Shown here: positions 45,245 to 54,627 of the stretch, piece after piece
Layout: each line of letters starts with the position of its first letter
How positions within the stretch are numbered: the first letter of the stretch is position 1
DNA from: a virus
Lineage: Duplodnaviria; Caudoviricetes
Virus record (IMG/VR): IMGVR_UViG_3300032282_000541
Span: 1-55,227 of that record
Direction: 5' to 3' (one strand)
DNA length: 55,227 bases
The notes under the pieces: generated by a model
Databases searched by the model: none
Told to the model about the DNA's origin: nothing
What the model saw: the letters and a program-made list of their open reading frames with translations, nothing else
Translations under genes and position numbers: made by a program

Positions 45245-47137
45245 TTAAACTAAACGATAAAGAACAAAGGTGTTTGCCGCTGTTCTGCGAATGCGGAAGT
45301 GGGCTGATGCGCCAATTGCAATGGTTAATGAACCCAATGAAGTTACGTTTGTATTCACAGCCATTGTAATTACACCAGTAGCTGTGTTGATAACAAAGAA
45401 GTCATAGCCAATGTTTGTAGTTGCCCATGTAGCCAATGTCTCCAATGTCGAACCCAGAGGCATTGTGATGGTGTACGTTGTACCTGTGGCACTGATTATT
45501 TGCCCTTGGATGTTGGCGTTGGTCAGCGTTGTTGCGGCGGCAATTCCTGTAGGTGCTGGTGCATACGGCATGATTGCGCCAGTTAAAACCTGTAAATTAC
45601 CAGCATCAACAATTATGCTTCCAGTTCCGCTTTGACGGAACAAGTGAAGATTTGTATCAGCACGCAATTGCATTGACCATATATTTACTTGGTCTTGGGC
45701 AAGATGTAATGATGGGTATGAAGATGCACCAGCACCATCGGCTTGCACTGCGCCGCTACTTGCTGCTGTTGAACTGCCAACATAGATGGTAGGGTTTCCA
45801 GAATTTCTAACCGTCAAAGCCCCGTATGTTCCAGGCGAAGTAGTACCTATACCCACATTACCGCTGGTATCTATAACAAACGGGGTGGTGCTTGCAGTAG
45901 TATTTTGAATAGTAAAAGAAGAACTACCTGTTGTACCTGCTCTCCAATTTTGAGCAGAAGTTGCATTATTTCTAAATTGAACATACGCAAAATTACTAGA
46001 CGTTGTTCCATCGCCAGCCGATAAAACTAATGACGTTCCTGTTGATGTAGAGGTGTTGTTTATAGATACTTGTTCTTGTGTTTGGCAGGTAAATGTAGTG
46101 CGACCGCTGGAGTCAATACGCATACGTTCAGAAGAAGCACTAACGTCATAAAAACGAAGTGCGCCATCATTAGTGCTTGAATTACCAATAGCCCATGTTC
46201 TTGTACCTGTGTAGGTAAATCTAATCATGCCATTAGAAGTGCCAAGCAACTCTAATAATGAACCCGGCGAAGTAGTACCTATACCTAAATTGCCAGACGC
46301 ATCCAGTGTCATGTTTGATGACCAAGTTAATGCAGCACCTGCGCCACCAGAATTACTTGCGGCTGTTTGCCATACATGAGTTCCTGCTGACTGGTAATAG
46401 TTTGTGGCGTATCCGTTGCCGACATATTTAGGAGATGAGCCAACGCTATATGCGTTTTTACCTAAATTCATTGCGCCGGAAGTAGTTCCAGAACTTAAAA
46501 AAGAAGTGTTGGACGCATCCCCAATTTGAATGGCTTTATCACTGTTCCATGTGGCACTAGGCGTAACACCTATACCCAAATTTGTACCATCAAATACTAA
46601 GCCTGTACCAGAAGTAAGAGACTTACTACCATTTAGATATGTAACGCCATTTGCAGTACCCGCAGACAGCACAGGATTGGCTGTAAGGGTTGCAACGCCT
46701 GTCAGGGTTGTAGTTCCAGTTACTCCCAAAGTAGTAGAGGCTGTAACTGAAGTAAACGCACCCGCCAACGGCGTAGTCGTGCCAATGATGACGTTGTTAA
46801 TCTGGTTACCGCCGCCTGCTACTGTGCCGCCAAGAGTAAAAGCACCAATGGTGTTGGCAGTTAATGTCGTGCCGTTAAAGGTTAAGTTGGCAGAGCCAGC
46901 AAGCACGCCAGATGAGTTGTATTGCACCTGTGTGTTTGAACCGCCAGCAGGGCCACCGCCAGAAGCAGAAAGCAGTGTTACCACGCCTGAACTGTTCTTG
47001 AAGTAAAGCTTTCCATCGGCGTAGTTCAAGGCCAATTCAGCACCTAATGCGCTACTGGTCAGGTTGGCGGCAAGAGGTACGTTTGAGGCTGTACCAGAAC
47101 CGTAGATCAGAATTGGGGTATATCCACTTTGTGCCAT
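45245..47137 (-). CDS. Tail fibre protein
   Basis: ELALNYADGKLYFK N-terminus; GN(L/V)GIGTTSP and ERMRIDSSG repeats. Confidence 0.85.
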   Translation of the reverse strand: MAQSGYTPILIYGSGTASNVPLAANLTSSALGAELALNYADGKLYFKNSSGVVTLLSASGGGPAGGSNTQVQYNSSGVLAGSANLTFNGTTLTANTIGAFTLGGTVAGGGNQINNVIIGTTTPLAGAFTSVTASTTLGVTGTTTLTGVATLTANPVLSAGTANGVTYLNGSKSLTSGTGLVFDGTNLGIGVTPSATWNSDKAIQIGDASNTSFLSSGTTSGAMNLGKNAYSVGSSPKYVGNGYATNYYQSAGTHVWQTAASNSGGAGAALTWSSNMTLDASGNLGIGTTSPGSLLELLGTSNGMIRFTYTGTRTWAIGNSSTNDGALRFYDVSASSERMRIDSSGRTTFTCQTQEQVSINNTSTSTGTSLVLSAGDGTTSSNFAYVQFRNNATSAQNWRAGTTGSSSFTIQNTTASTTPFVIDTSGNVGIGTTSPGTYGALTVRNSGNPTIYVGSSTAASSGAVQADGAGASSYPSLHLAQDQVNIWSMQLRADTNLHLFRQSGTGSIIVDAGNLQVLTGAIMPYAPAPTGIAAATTLTNANIQGQIISATGTTYTITMPLGSTLETLATWATTNIGYDFFVINTATGVITMAVNTNVTSLGSLTIAIGASAHFRIRRTAANTFVLYRLV

Positions 47138-47146
47138 GTTTTTTCC

Positions 47147-49759
47147 TTAGAAGGCTCCACCTGAAATGCCACCTGTAATTGTGCCATTTACTGCGTTGCA
47201 AGTTATTGATGAGTTTACCAATTGAGGCAAATTACCGCTAGTCGCGGTCACGAAAGTCAAGTAGTTTGTCGCACCTGTTGTTGCCGCTGTAATGGCTGTG
47301 TTTGTTGCGTTGGTCGCAGTACCCGCAGTCGCCGCATTCAGGTTGGCAACTTGCGTGGTAGATGCAACAGTAAACGGAGCCGTTCCGGTCGCAACGGTGG
47401 ATGTGATGACACCAGTTGCCGAAATAGTGGTAAACGCCCCTGTAGTGGCCGTTGTAGCCCCCACAGTGCCGTTGATGTTGATGGACGCTGTACCCGTCAG
47501 ATTTGTCACCGTGCCGCTACTTGGCGTACCCAAAGCGCCGCCGTTGACCACAATAGACCCGGCAGTACCCACAGCAACCGCCAAAGCAGTTGCTACGTTC
47601 GTTCCCAAACCCGTGATAGACCCAACAGCAGGGGTCACGGTGGTGTTTCCGGCCAACGTCAGTTGACCTTGAGCATTAACGGTGAAAGTCCCAACTTGAG
47701 TCGCTGAACCATAAGCTCCAGCGGTTACCCCGGTGTTGGAGATGTTGAAGGTCGTTACCGGAGACAGGTTTAGGCCAGTGCCAGCGGTATAGGTCAGCGG
47801 CGCATTGAACTGAAGGAAAACCAGCGCAGTTGTGCCGACCGTGATTGGAAGCGGAGTCTGCTGAACCCATGCGGTCGATGCATTTGTACCCGAGATGACC
47901 AGCACATAGTCGCCAGCATCAATCTCGTTGGTTCCTGACCCGCTAGTGTCGTAGTCAGTTGCACGAGTCAACACCCATGGGGTTATGGCAGAACCCACCG
48001 ATGTGACGGTATATACGCCGTTGTAGGCATCAAGCCCACCAGCAGAAGGCTCGTCTTTAACGAGAACTCGTTGCCCAACCGTAGGTGAACCACCTCCCAA
48101 AGACAGGGTGGCATAAGGCACTGACTTTGTGATCGTTGCACCCACCCCGGAAGCGCCATTGTTGTAAACGTAGGCTCCAAGCACTGCGGTCGTTGCATAG
48201 TTGACTGGCTGGTGGTAGTTCAAACCAGAAGCGATTGAGTCCACATACTGCTTGGTAGCCAGTTCCAAAGCCGATGTAGGGTCTTGCGTCACCGTCACCG
48301 TAGTCAGGCCAGCCAAGGTGGTTGTCGTGCCCCCCAATGACAGAACAGTCGACCCAATGGTCACCGATGAGTTGGTCAGGCTTGAGTTACCAATATTGGT
48401 CAGGGTGTTGGTTGATCCGCTGATCGCTTTGTTTGTCAGGGTCTGTGAGCCCGTCAGGGTCGCCACGGTCGAGTCAATTGCCACCGTCACCGAGCCAGAA
48501 CCGTTGTAGCTCGTACCCGATAACCCGGTGCCAATCGTCAAAGAATTGAGGTTTGAACCCAGTGCAACACCGGATATGGTGCTGTTGGACAGGGCAGAGT
48601 TGGGTATGTTGCTGAACGTGTTGCTCGCCCCTGACATGGTCTTGTTGGTCAGGGTCTGGGTTCCAGTCAGGGTTGCAACCGTCGAATCAATCGCAATAGT
48701 GACCGCAGTCGAACCGTTGTAACTTGTGCCAGACAACCCAGTGCCTATGGTCAAGGCATTGGAAGCCGTGGCTGTCACAGTAATTGAGCCACCCAAACTG
48801 ACAGATGACCCATTGATTGAAATCGCACTGTTTGCCAATTGAGCGTTGGTTACGGTGCCAGACAAATCTGTTGTTGGAATGGTGGCCGATGCGGTCATGG
48901 CCGACACGCCATTTCCGTACATGTAACCAGTCAATGCTGATGCACCTGTGCCGCCGCTTGATGAATTTACGATGCCTCCCAAAGTCACCGAGCCCGTGGT
49001 GCTTGTATTGGGTGTTAATCCTGTTGTTCCTGCACTGAAAGACGTTACGCCGCCAGTCAGACTAAATTGATTCCACCCATTGTTTGTGTACCCCTCAAAC
49101 TGCTGGAGACTGGAGTTGTAGCGGAAGGTTCCCAGATTGGTAACCCTTTGTCCAGTGGAGCCCACAGGCACCGTGATGCCACCTTGACCGGGAATTATGG
49201 TGTTGTCGGCCAATCCAACAGTCACATCAGCGGAACCGTTGCCGTTCAAAACCGTAGTCTGACTACTAGTTGCCAAAATATTTATCTTGGCCGGGATGCC
49301 AGATTGAATTGCCAAAATGCCTGTTCCGGTCAGCCCGGCAAAGTTACTTAGCACCGTTCCAAGGCCAATTGTGGGGTTTCCAGCCACTCCATCGCCGTCA
49401 GCAATAGTCAACCCTGTATTGACTGCTATTTGGCGTGCTGTGACCGTATTTGAGCCTGTCTTGACTTGAATACCAGTACCGCTGGAGTTCAGTGATAAGG
49501 CCGCGCCGATCAAATTGATTTGCAAGGTGCCTTGAGCACCGTTGTCGGTCAGGCTCAAACCAGCATTGGTGGAGATGTAGCGAGATTGAGTTAAGCCAGC
49601 AGTCAGACCAACGGTCAAGAATGGGTAGTTCAGGGCACCAGCACCAGCAATTGCGCCAGTGGTGGTTTGCACAGTTACGCCACTCTGAACGATTGGAACT
49701 GATTCTGATCCCGTTAGAGCTAGCGCCTGTGGTAGCTGTGTGATTGCGACTTGTGACAT
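47147..49759 (-). CDS. Long tail fibre/tail protein
   Basis: Thr/Gly-rich; FRYNS, ATKQYVD, RVLVKD, LTRATD motifs; start taken at MSQVAI. Confidence 0.8.
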   Translation of the reverse strand: MSQVAITQLPQALALTGSESVPIVQSGVTVQTTTGAIAGAGALNYPFLTVGLTAGLTQSRYISTNAGLSLTDNGAQGTLQINLIGAALSLNSSGTGIQVKTGSNTVTARQIAVNTGLTIADGDGVAGNPTIGLGTVLSNFAGLTGTGILAIQSGIPAKINILATSSQTTVLNGNGSADVTVGLADNTIIPGQGGITVPVGSTGQRVTNLGTFRYNSSLQQFEGYTNNGWNQFSLTGGVTSFSAGTTGLTPNTSTTGSVTLGGIVNSSSGGTGASALTGYMYGNGVSAMTASATIPTTDLSGTVTNAQLANSAISINGSSVSLGGSITVTATASNALTIGTGLSGTSYNGSTAVTIAIDSTVATLTGTQTLTNKTMSGASNTFSNIPNSALSNSTISGVALGSNLNSLTIGTGLSGTSYNGSGSVTVAIDSTVATLTGSQTLTNKAISGSTNTLTNIGNSSLTNSSVTIGSTVLSLGGTTTTLAGLTTVTVTQDPTSALELATKQYVDSIASGLNYHQPVNYATTAVLGAYVYNNGASGVGATITKSVPYATLSLGGGSPTVGQRVLVKDEPSAGGLDAYNGVYTVTSVGSAITPWVLTRATDYDTSGSGTNEIDAGDYVLVISGTNASTAWVQQTPLPITVGTTALVFLQFNAPLTYTAGTGLNLSPVTTFNISNTGVTAGAYGSATQVGTFTVNAQGQLTLAGNTTVTPAVGSITGLGTNVATALAVAVGTAGSIVVNGGALGTPSSGTVTNLTGTASININGTVGATTATTGAFTTISATGVITSTVATGTAPFTVASTTQVANLNAATAGTATNATNTAITAATTGATNYLTFVTATSGNLPQLVNSSITCNAVNGTITGGISGGAF
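48365..48755 (-). repeat. Internal ~71-aa duplication in the tail fibre
   Basis: LTIGTGLSGTSYNGS...AIDSTVATLTG.QTLTNK twice, with diverged synonymous codons. Confidence 0.85.
49253..49273. repeat. Dispersed palindromic motif copy inside the tail gene
   Basis: cgtagtctgactactagttgc, identical to 26973..26993. Confidence 0.9.
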
Positions 49760-49760
49760 A

Positions 49761-50102
49761 TCAGGGTTGCGTTCCAATAATTTGTCGGTTGCCGTCCTGT
49801 GCAGGAGTTTCTCCGCTTTGCTCGGTGCTCAGGACTTCGCCGCCATATGGTTGAGTCAAAATGTCGTTTGGATCGACAGCCACACTGACATCTGGCCGTG
49901 GATATTGGAGTGTAATGCGCTCTGTCTTTCGAGCGGGTAAACGGTAAGGGTCTTTTTGATCGGCGCAATTTTGCTGACAGACCTTTAAACCCGGAAAGTT
50001 TGGATCAGGCATGGCCTCAACAATAGCCCTCTTCATGCGACAACGGTCGCAAATAAAGATTGCTATCGATGCATTGCCTTCAGTGTTTAAAAAACGAGGC
50101 AT
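49761..50102 (-). CDS. Small Cys-containing virion-module protein
   Basis: CDRC...C...C.D.KDP...PRPD. Confidence 0.7.
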   Translation of the reverse strand: MPRFLNTEGNASIAIFICDRCRMKRAIVEAMPDPNFPGLKVCQQNCADQKDPYRLPARKTERITLQYPRPDVSVAVDPNDILTQPYGGEVLSTEQSGETPAQDGNRQIIGTQP

Positions 50103-50105
50103 GCG

Positions 50106-51176
50106 TTACCTCGTATAAACAGAAATGTTAGGGGCGTAGTAGATCGGTGATTTGTCGCGGTTTTCGTTCTCAGCCATGATGAAGTACTTGTCGGCTTGGC
50201 CTTCAAGGTACGTAACCCTAGCAAGGTCAACCGCAGGCAGGATCAAGCTCATCTGGTGAGCCAGCATGCACTGGATTGCTTGGTAGAAGTACTGAGGAAT
50301 TTCCAATTCGCCGTACAAGTCGCCAACGTCCATCACTTGGCGAGAGTACCAAATGGTCATCTGCACAAAAGGGTCGGACGGTGTCGGCCACAACACAATT
50401 TTGGATTGAGGCAGGGTGCGATTGAACCAGTACTGGAACGGCTGGTTGGCCGTGAAGTTCTTGTTTGGCAAATTGGTGTAGTCATCACGGTTCAAGCGAG
50501 CCATGGTGATTTCAGTACTGTTGTTGCCCACATAGAACTCAGCCACGTCCAGAGTACCGCCGCCAGTCTCGCGCATGCGATAAAACTGAGCAGTCACACC
50601 GGGATCAATGTCGTACCACAACCATTGGCCTGACTCCCATATGGTCACGCCTGTGTCTTGCAACAGATTCCATGTTGCGCCGTCACTTGACCACTCCAGC
50701 AGGATGTGGAACGAGCCAGAGGTGGCAGGCAAGATACCGATTGATCCGGCATAGATGGGGTTATTTGTGCCGTAGTCGATGCTGATGTAGCCATCGGGCG
50801 CGGTTTGTGCGTCTGATGTAAGTACGTTGTTGTCAAAAGCCAAGCCAGTTATGCCAGAAGATGAAGAATACCCGCCACCTGTTGATGGAGTTGGTCGGTT
50901 CATCCTGCGATACAAAGCGTTGAGCACATCATTGCCACCCAAAGGAAGCAAGTACTCAAACTGGTCGGCATTCAGGCCATAAACCTTCTTGTCAATACAC
51001 CAATAGTTGATGCCCTGATTTATCAGGTTGGATAGGATAAAGAACAGCGCCTGCTTGGAGCCTTGGACTTGCTCAACAGTCAACTCTTCAGCCAATTTAC
51101 CCGCCATGCGAGCACCTTGGTCAATGAATTTCTGTACTGAGACAACTGTCTGTCCTACGGTTCCGCTGTAAGCCAT
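50106..51176 (-). CDS. Head-completion/adaptor protein with inserted beta-sandwich domain
   Basis: NQGINYW, R.DY..LPNK...P.Q.WF.R, LWPTP motifs. Confidence 0.7.
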   Translation of the reverse strand: MAYSGTVGQTVVSVQKFIDQGARMAGKLAEELTVEQVQGSKQALFFILSNLINQGINYWCIDKKVYGLNADQFEYLLPLGGNDVLNALYRRMNRPTPSTGGGYSSSSGITGLAFDNNVLTSDAQTAPDGYISIDYGTNNPIYAGSIGILPATSGSFHILLEWSSDGATWNLLQDTGVTIWESGQWLWYDIDPGVTAQFYRMRETGGGTLDVAEFYVGNNSTEITMARLNRDDYTNLPNKNFTANQPFQYWFNRTLPQSKIVLWPTPSDPFVQMTIWYSRQVMDVGDLYGELEIPQYFYQAIQCMLAHQMSLILPAVDLARVTYLEGQADKYFIMAENENRDKSPIYYAPNISVYTR

Positions 51177-51184
51177 TATTTACC

Positions 51185-51688
51185 TCACCAATTTGATTGT
51201 TTTTTGTTTTTGGTATGGGTTGATACCTTGCAATCCTTCAAGCTGATCTTGCCGCCTTTTTTAGCGCGGTAACCTTCAGATTCAACTCTAGGATATTCGT
51301 ATGGTTCGCCGCCTTCTGTTGCTACATCTTTGGTGCGTTCTATCTGTATATCGCCTTTTTTGTTTCTTACTGGAGGAACAAAAGATGGGCGGCTTTCATT
51401 GGTTGACAAGTCAACAGCTTTCTCACGAGCCGGGGCTACATAAGGCTCCAATGGAATTGACTTGCCAGCATCACGACGAGCATTCACCGCATCTTCAACA
51501 CCTTGTTTTCTTGCATCACTCTTGCCAAACAAGAAGTTACGGACAGCACTGAGGTTGTTCTCTCCAGCGGCTTTGTCTCGGTCATATTGCTTGCGAGCCA
51601 TTTCGTCACCGGGGTAAATCTTTCCACGGTTGCCGGGCTTGTTAGACCATGCAATTTCGTCGTCAGAGCGTGATTTCCAATTACCCAT
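51185..51688 (-). CDS. Hypothetical protein with shared C-terminal tag
   Basis: Ends KKGGKISLKDCKVSTHTKNKKQSNW. Confidence 0.7.
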   Translation of the reverse strand: MGNWKSRSDDEIAWSNKPGNRGKIYPGDEMARKQYDRDKAAGENNLSAVRNFLFGKSDARKQGVEDAVNARRDAGKSIPLEPYVAPAREKAVDLSTNESRPSFVPPVRNKKGDIQIERTKDVATEGGEPYEYPRVESEGYRAKKGGKISLKDCKVSTHTKNKKQSNW

Positions 51689-51697
51689 GATGACCCC

Positions 51698-52006
51698 TTA
51701 CCAGCCTGAATGCTTGGAATTTTTCTGATGCGTTGATACTTTGCAATCTTTCAAGTTGATTGAGCCGCCTTTTGCTTTTTTCAATGGCCTTTTCAATGCA
51801 AGAGTCTTTGCTCTCATGTCATCAAACTGCGAGTCAAATGCATCAGGCTTCAACATTTCTTTTCGCTCGACAGTAGATTGAGCGTTTCTTTGGTCAAAAA
51901 CGTCTTTGGGCACAGCAACATTATTGTGCATGTAAACAGGAGCGCCACTTGCATCTTTGGTTATTCTGAAAATGTTTGTGTCGCCTAATTGATTTTCGTT
52001 ATCCAT
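51698..52006 (-). CDS. Hypothetical protein with shared C-terminal tag
   Basis: Ends AKGGSINLKDCKVSTHQKNSKHSGW. Confidence 0.7.
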   Translation of the reverse strand: MDNENQLGDTNIFRITKDASGAPVYMHNNVAVPKDVFDQRNAQSTVERKEMLKPDAFDSQFDDMRAKTLALKRPLKKAKGGSINLKDCKVSTHQKNSKHSGW

Positions 52007-52016
52007 GATTTACTCC

Positions 52017-52496
52017 TTACCAGCAAGAATTATTTTTGCCCTTGGACGCAGTTGAAACACTGCAATCCTTCAGGTTGATTTTGCCACCTTGTTTGTATCC
52101 ATACTTCTTGACATTTTGGATTCTTTGAGCCATTTGATTCATGCCTCCTTGCATGTCTCGGGCGGTGCGCTCTTCATCCGACAAGTTCTGCTCGCGGTCT
52201 GCGTACTGGTAGTTCTTGCCCTTGTTGTAGGTGGCTTCCATTTCAGCATGGCGCTTTTGAAGGTTTGGTAAATCAGCGGCATCTTTCTTGGCAGTATCAC
52301 GCTCACGCTGAACGCCTTCAGCCTTAGATTTTTCATTGCGTGCCTTGACATCAGCCATGGACTTTTGTTTAAAAGCCTCACGCTCTGCCTTGGCTTCAGC
52401 GCCAGTTTTTCTAACGCCTGAACTGATGCTCTTCAATGCGGCATCGATAGCGGCTTTTTGCCTTGGACTTGATTTGTAGTTGCCCATCATGCTCAT
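52017..52496 (-). CDS. Hypothetical protein with shared C-terminal tag
   Basis: Ends KQGGKINLKDCSVSTASKGKNNSCW. Confidence 0.7.
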   Translation of the reverse strand: MSMMGNYKSSPRQKAAIDAALKSISSGVRKTGAEAKAEREAFKQKSMADVKARNEKSKAEGVQRERDTAKKDAADLPNLQKRHAEMEATYNKGKNYQYADREQNLSDEERTARDMQGGMNQMAQRIQNVKKYGYKQGGKINLKDCSVSTASKGKNNSCW

Positions 52497-52506
52497 GATT
52501 TTTCCT

Positions 52507-53019
52507 TTACCAGCCGGGACAGTTCCAGCGTTTTAACGAGGCTTTGGCTCTTGGTGCGTCACCCTTTGAGTGCTCAACAACACCGCTCATTCTGGCGCAG
52601 AACGAGTCCTTGCGTGCGCCGCCTTGGGGCTGTGGAGCCTTCAGGTTGCTTCCAGTTTCACGGTTGTATTTTGCCCGACCCTTGGCTGTTAATCCAGCGC
52701 CTTTGGACTCGGGAAGCTTCTCACCGCGACCGACCGCAAGGCTGGGGCCACCCTCTTTCAGTTTGGCGGTTTTTGCTGACTGCTTGAAGGCATCAGCCGT
52801 TGGCGCACCTTTGCTACCAACTCGACGCATTTTTTCACCAGAGCCTTCAGCAATTCTTTGCTGTTTGCGATGAATGTTTTCATAGAGACCACCCTCTTTC
52901 ATGTTTTTGTCGGCCTTGACAAATTCTTTGCCAACCTTCTGAGGAACGCCGCCAAAGCCGCCCTTGGTGTGGGCGGCGGCTTCCATCAAACGATGTTGAG
53001 CAGGTGATTTGCTTGGCAT
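52507..53019 (-). CDS. Basic protein built from three small modules
   Basis: MPSKSPAQHRLM / GLYENIHRK..RI..GSGEKMR / GLTAKGR...SFCARM...WNC, separated by KEGG motifs. Confidence 0.7.
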   Translation of the reverse strand: MPSKSPAQHRLMEAAAHTKGGFGGVPQKVGKEFVKADKNMKEGGLYENIHRKQQRIAEGSGEKMRRVGSKGAPTADAFKQSAKTAKLKEGGPSLAVGRGEKLPESKGAGLTAKGRAKYNRETGSNLKAPQPQGGARKDSFCARMSGVVEHSKGDAPRAKASLKRWNCPGW

Positions 53020-53021
53020 GA

Positions 53022-53426
53022 TCAGGCGTATGACTTGACCATCTCAAGCACAACGGTGTAAGTGTCACCAGCAGATGCATCAAGGGTAGTGAATGTGATT
53101 GCGCCATCAACACCAGTTCCAGCATTGTTGGTCAAGCCACCAATTGCACTGAAGTCTTGTTGATAACTGTTGTTCTGTGGAATTGTTTCAATGACCACAG
53201 GTGTACTTGCCTTCCACTTCAATTGCACTTCCATGCCATGAGTCAAGGCAGTGATTTTTGTAATGGTCACACGGTCGCAAGCGCCACCCGCCGCAGACGA
53301 ATTCAGCGACGAAGGATTGACTTTGACAACATTGGTTTCACCAGTGCCATCACTGGTGTTTGTAAATTTCATGATTGCAACACGCTCACCATCAAAGAGC
53401 GTTTGACTTCCGACTGCATCAGCCAT
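53022..53426 (-). CDS. Virion structural protein (beta-rich)
   Basis: GGAG RBS before MADAV; beta-strand-rich; lies in the head-completion region. Confidence 0.65.
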   Translation of the reverse strand: MADAVGSQTLFDGERVAIMKFTNTSDGTGETNVVKVNPSSLNSSAAGGACDRVTITKITALTHGMEVQLKWKASTPVVIETIPQNNSYQQDFSAIGGLTNNAGTGVDGAITFTTLDASAGDTYTVVLEMVKSYA

Positions 53427-53440
53427 AAATTTCTCCAATT

Positions 53441-53464
53441 AAAAGCAGGGGCCGAAGCCCCTAC
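53441..53464 (-). terminator. Rho-independent terminator with UUCG loop
   Basis: GTAGGGGC-TTCG-GCCCCTGC-TTTT. Confidence 0.85.
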
Positions 53465-53470
53465 TCATTT

Positions 53471-54616
53471 TCAACAAGCGCGACCGCCTCGTTTCTTGCC
53501 GGGCGACACAGTCACTGATTTCTCGGTTTTTGTGACGCTACCAGCAGGCGGCGAAATGAAGTTCTTGGCCTTGCCATACAACTCCTTCGCCATACTCAGC
53601 GGGTTCATAGCCTCTTCAAGTTCACGGCTGGCTTTGTCGCTGACGGCTTTTGGGTCTTTCACGGTGTACTTGTCACCAGAAGAACCGCCGTCTTCAAACT
53701 TTTTTACCTTGCCGCCTTCCTTGAAGGTGCCGGATTGCAAGCTGTTCGCTACTGGGCGCGAAACTGGCTTTTTGGGCATCGCGACGGGTTTGCCTGTATC
53801 AACAGTTCCCCCCGTCGCGTAGGCTTTTTTTGCTGAACCACCCATCTTGTAGCCGCCACCGTTGGCTTTTTTCACACCGCCAGTGGTGGTGTTGGTAACG
53901 CCGGGCTTGGCTGTGTCAGCGGGACGGTTTTCCCAATTGACATCGCCGCCCGTTTTGTAACCACCACCATTACCCATCTTTACGCCGACGTTGCCGCCAG
54001 ACTTGTAGCCACCCGGTTTGCCTTCTTTGACTTCGCCAGTGCTACCTGTGGTCATGCCTTTTTTGGCTGTGACCATTTTGGTCTTGCCAGTTTTGCTCAT
54101 GATGATGCCACCTGAAGCTTTGCCGTGAGCCTTGGAGGCAGACATAGACTCGTGGTGCTTCAACTCTTTCTCAAGAGCCTTGCACTCAGCAGAGCCGCCG
54201 TCTTTCATGCCAGTCAAGGCACGACGCACAGCCATAGCACGAGCGTTACGCTTGGTAGGAGGCATGCCAGCCAGTGCGGCACGACCCATGGCCTGCATAG
54301 GAGCAGGTGCCGGAGCGTTTGCACCGGGTGTCACGCCGGGAGCGGCAGGCATCATTCCACCCATTTGCTTGTGAGCGACTTTGCCGCCATGAGCATACAT
54401 GTTTGGATTCATTGCCTTGCGACGTGCGGCCATGGATGGCTTTTTGGGAGCCACGCCATTCTCAGGGCTTTCAAATACCTTGGTGTTGTTGCTTGCCATG
54501 GACTTGAAGCCATCGGATTGCATAGCCTTGGAGGCCACTTTGCCGCCCTTTTTGAGCTTCAGGATAACTGAGGGCTCTGTGGTCATCATTTTGACCATTG
54601 GTTTAAATTGACCCAT
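53471..54616 (-). CDS. Lys/Gly-rich low-complexity protein with 12 xxxGG repeats
   Basis: LKKGG, YAHGG, KQMGG, MKDGG, KASGG, YKSGG, YKTGG, YKMGG, YATGG, FKEGG, FEDGG, KKRGG. Confidence 0.75.
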   Translation of the reverse strand: MGQFKPMVKMMTTEPSVILKLKKGGKVASKAMQSDGFKSMASNNTKVFESPENGVAPKKPSMAARRKAMNPNMYAHGGKVAHKQMGGMMPAAPGVTPGANAPAPAPMQAMGRAALAGMPPTKRNARAMAVRRALTGMKDGGSAECKALEKELKHHESMSASKAHGKASGGIIMSKTGKTKMVTAKKGMTTGSTGEVKEGKPGGYKSGGNVGVKMGNGGGYKTGGDVNWENRPADTAKPGVTNTTTGGVKKANGGGYKMGGSAKKAYATGGTVDTGKPVAMPKKPVSRPVANSLQSGTFKEGGKVKKFEDGGSSGDKYTVKDPKAVSDKASRELEEAMNPLSMAKELYGKAKNFISPPAGSVTKTEKSVTVSPGKKRGGRAC

Positions 54617-54627
54617 GTTGCTCTCCT

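Noticed and set aside
45245-49777. Diversity-generating retroelement acting on tail fibres
   Set aside because: No reverse transcriptase seen, and the internal repeats differ at synonymous positions rather than specifically at adenines.
51185-54616. GG motifs as bacteriocin/RiPP leader peptides
   Set aside because: No C39 peptidase/ABC exporter or RiPP maturase seen, and the motifs are internal or C-terminal rather than N-terminal leaders.
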